A DNA stretch of 18,365 nt from a bacterium (GTDB lineage Bacteria; Electryoneota; Electryoneia; Electryoneales; Electryoneaceae). Every line of letters starts with the position of its first letter. Position 1 is the first letter of the stretch. The stretch lies in the NCBI GenBank assembly GCA_043801585.1, contig JAZDLX010000049.1, positions 1 to 18,365 on the forward strand, in the 5' to 3' direction. The notes beneath the pieces are model-generated. The model saw only the letters and a list, made by a program, of their open reading frames with translations, searched no databases and had not been told where the DNA came from. Both the position numbers and the translations under genes were made by a program. This document shows, in pieces, positions 16,449-18,365 of this stretch.

Positions 16449-18365
16449 TTGGATTCGGGATCAGACAAACTTTTGACGGTCGGTCGCTCTTTCCCGCGAG
16501 TGGATGCCCGTGAGAAGGCAACCGGTCAGACACGGTTTCTGCCGGATATCACCGTGGATCGCATGGTCCATGCCTACCCGGTTACCTCCGCCGTTCCCTA
16601 CGGAAAACTCGTTTCAATTGACGATGCTGACGCGCAAAAGGTGGAGGGTTTCCTTCGCCTGGTGACCGCTGCGGACATTCCCGGCATCAACCAGGTCGGT
16701 GTGATCATCGAGGATCAGCCCCTTTTCGCGGACGAGGTTGTCCGCTATGCCGGCGACGTCGTTGCGTTGGTTGTGGCGGAAACCGACGAGGCGGCGCGTG
16801 AGGCGGCGTCGAAGGTCAAGGTTGATATCCAGCCCTACGATCCGATCCTCTCCATTGAGGCGAGCAGGGCGGCGAAAAAGCAGTTCCTCCACGAAAACAA
16901 CATCGCCTGCCAGCACCAGGGCGACAAAGGAGATGTGGACGCCGGATTCGGCCAGGCGGATGTGATCGTCGAAGCCGATTTCAAGACCCCCTACCAAGAG
17001 CATTTTTACCTCGAACCACAGGGGTGTATCGCGATACCGGGTCAACACGGAGGGATGGAAATCCTCGGCTCGTTGCAGTGCCCCTTTTACGTCCAGAAGG
17101 CAGTGTCGAAAGCGCTCCACCTGCCCTTCAGCAGGGTGCGGGTGGAACAGACACCCCTGGGTGGCGCGTTCGGCGGCAAGGAGGACGTTCCTTCCGAGGT
17201 TTGCGCGAGGGCGGCTGTCGCGGCGTTGGCCGTCGGGCGTCCGGTCAAGGTGGTCTATCGCCGGCGTGATGACGTGCAGATGACCAGCAAACGCCACCCG
17301 ATCGAAATGCACTACCGGGTCGGAGTGACAAAGGATGGGAAGCTCGTTGCCGCGGATGTCGTTCTCAACGGCAACGCCGGGGCCTACGCCACCCTGTCCT
17401 CCGTTGTCTCCTACCGGAGTACGATGCAGGCGATGGGGCCGTATGTCATTCCAAACGTTCGGGTTCGTTCCACACACTGGTACACCAATCTGCCTCCGAC
17501 GGGTGCATTTCGCGGATTCGGCTCGCCCCAGGCTGCTTTCGGTCACGAGCGGATGATGGACCTGATCGCCGAGAAACTGGGGATGGACCCCGTTGAGCTG
17601 AGGCTCCGCAATGTGCTCAAGCCGGGGGAAGAGACCCAGACCGGGCACCGTCTCGAGGCGAGTGTCGGAATCGAGGAGACCATCCTGAAATCCCGTGACG
17701 CCTCCGGTTGGAACTCCAAACGATCCGCCAGACAGAACGATGACCGTTTCCTGCGTGGAATCGGGATCGCGGCAACTCACTACGGCAACTGCCTCGGCGC
17801 GGCGGGTTGGGCGATGGACGGAGCGGGCGCGAAAATCCAGATCCACCGTGACGGCTCGGTTTCGGTTGCCTTCGGCCTCGTGGAAATGGGGCAGGGAGCG
17901 CTGACCGTGGTCTCCCAGATGACAGCGGAGGCGCTGGGTATCGATCCCGCGAGGATCACTGTGATGCCCACGGAAACAACCAGTGTACCCGACAGCGGAC
18001 CGAGTGTTGCCAGCCGGAACGTGGTGATGACCGGCAACGCCATTCGCGACGCGGTGGACAAGCTGCTCCCGGTGCTTCTGGACGCGACAGCGGAAATGTT
18101 CGAGTGCGAGGCAAAGGACGTCGCGATCCGTGATGACCGTGTTCACTGCAAGAAAAAGAAAGATACCATCGGCTTTGACAAACTTGCCGACTACCTCTAT
18201 ATCAGCAACCGCCCCATGGACACTCTCGGCTGGTGGCATGTTCCCAGACTCACCTTCGATCCGAAGCATGGCTACGGCGAGGCATATTTCACCTATTCCT
18301 ATTCGACCCACATTGCCGAAGTCGCCGTTGACCGTCTGACCGGACTGGTCACCGTGGAGAAAATC
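16449..18365 (+). CDS. Xanthine dehydrogenase/purine hydroxylase molybdopterin-binding subunit (XdhA/PucD-like), 3' partial
   Basis: Not in the ORF track because it runs off the window. My manual translation is open for 639 codons: VGRSFPRVDAREKATG, YQEHFYLEP, GSLQCPF, LGGAFGGKED, SKRHP, GAFRGFGSPQ, VEMGQG, DSGPSVASR, AEVAVDRLTG. Start taken as TTG 16449 (AGGGGA SD upstream); an in-frame ATG at 16392 is an alternative. Confidence 0.93.
   Translation, partial: MDSGSDKLLTVGRSFPRVDAREKATGQTRFLPDITVDRMVHAYPVTSAVPYGKLVSIDDADAQKVEGFLRLVTAADIPGINQVGVIIEDQPLFADEVVRYAGDVVALVVAETDEAAREAASKVKVDIQPYDPILSIEASRAAKKQFLHENNIACQHQGDKGDVDAGFGQADVIVEADFKTPYQEHFYLEPQGCIAIPGQHGGMEILGSLQCPFYVQKAVSKALHLPFSRVRVEQTPLGGAFGGKEDVPSEVCARAAVAALAVGRPVKVVYRRRDDVQMTSKRHPIEMHYRVGVTKDGKLVAADVVLNGNAGAYATLSSVVSYRSTMQAMGPYVIPNVRVRSTHWYTNLPPTGAFRGFGSPQAAFGHERMMDLIAEKLGMDPVELRLRNVLKPGEETQTGHRLEASVGIEETILKSRDASGWNSKRSARQNDDRFLRGIGIAATHYGNCLGAAGWAMDGAGAKIQIHRDGSVSVAFGLVEMGQGALTVVSQMTAEALGIDPARITVMPTETTSVPDSGPSVASRNVVMTGNAIRDAVDKLLPVLLDATAEMFECEAKDVAIRDDRVHCKKKKDTIGFDKLADYLYISNRPMDTLGWWHVPRLTFDPKHGYGEAYFTYSYSTHIAEVAVDRLTGLVTVEKI

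Noticed and set aside
16614..18311. 565 aa minus-strand ORF
   Set aside because: Antisense shadow of the plus-strand XDH Mo subunit, which carries all the family motifs.

Overview
Bacterial window with three blocks. (1) 239-11395, minus strand: a tightly coupled eight-gene chemosensory operon of the ACF (alternative cellular functions, Wsp/Frz-like) type. Transcription order is cheW, cheR-TPR, cheW, MCP, cheA-REC, cheB, a triple-receiver histidine kinase and a REC-PAS-HK-REC hybrid kinase. It has no stand-alone CheY, GGDEF or DNA-binding output. (2) 12064-15982, minus strand: a Tat-exported three-subunit molybdo-flavoenzyme like the E. coli PaoABC aldehyde oxidoreductase, in the order Fe-S, Mo, FAD, with a [4Fe-4S]-type Cys insertion in the FAD subunit. 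(3) About 16449 to the window end, plus strand: a divergent xanthine-dehydrogenase-type Mo subunit, 3'-truncated and missing from the ORF track, with purine-binding residues. The divergent spacer holds a nested GGGACAGTCCC palindrome pair and hairpin-rich leaders. All proteins belong to known families. The most interesting points are architectural: a chemosensory pathway feeding a 3-kinase/7-receiver cascade, a HAMP-less receptor with a divergent tip, and two back-to-back Mo hydroxylases predicted in different compartments. No rRNA, tRNA, CRISPR array or transposase was seen, and I cannot establish a wholly new system from sequence alone.
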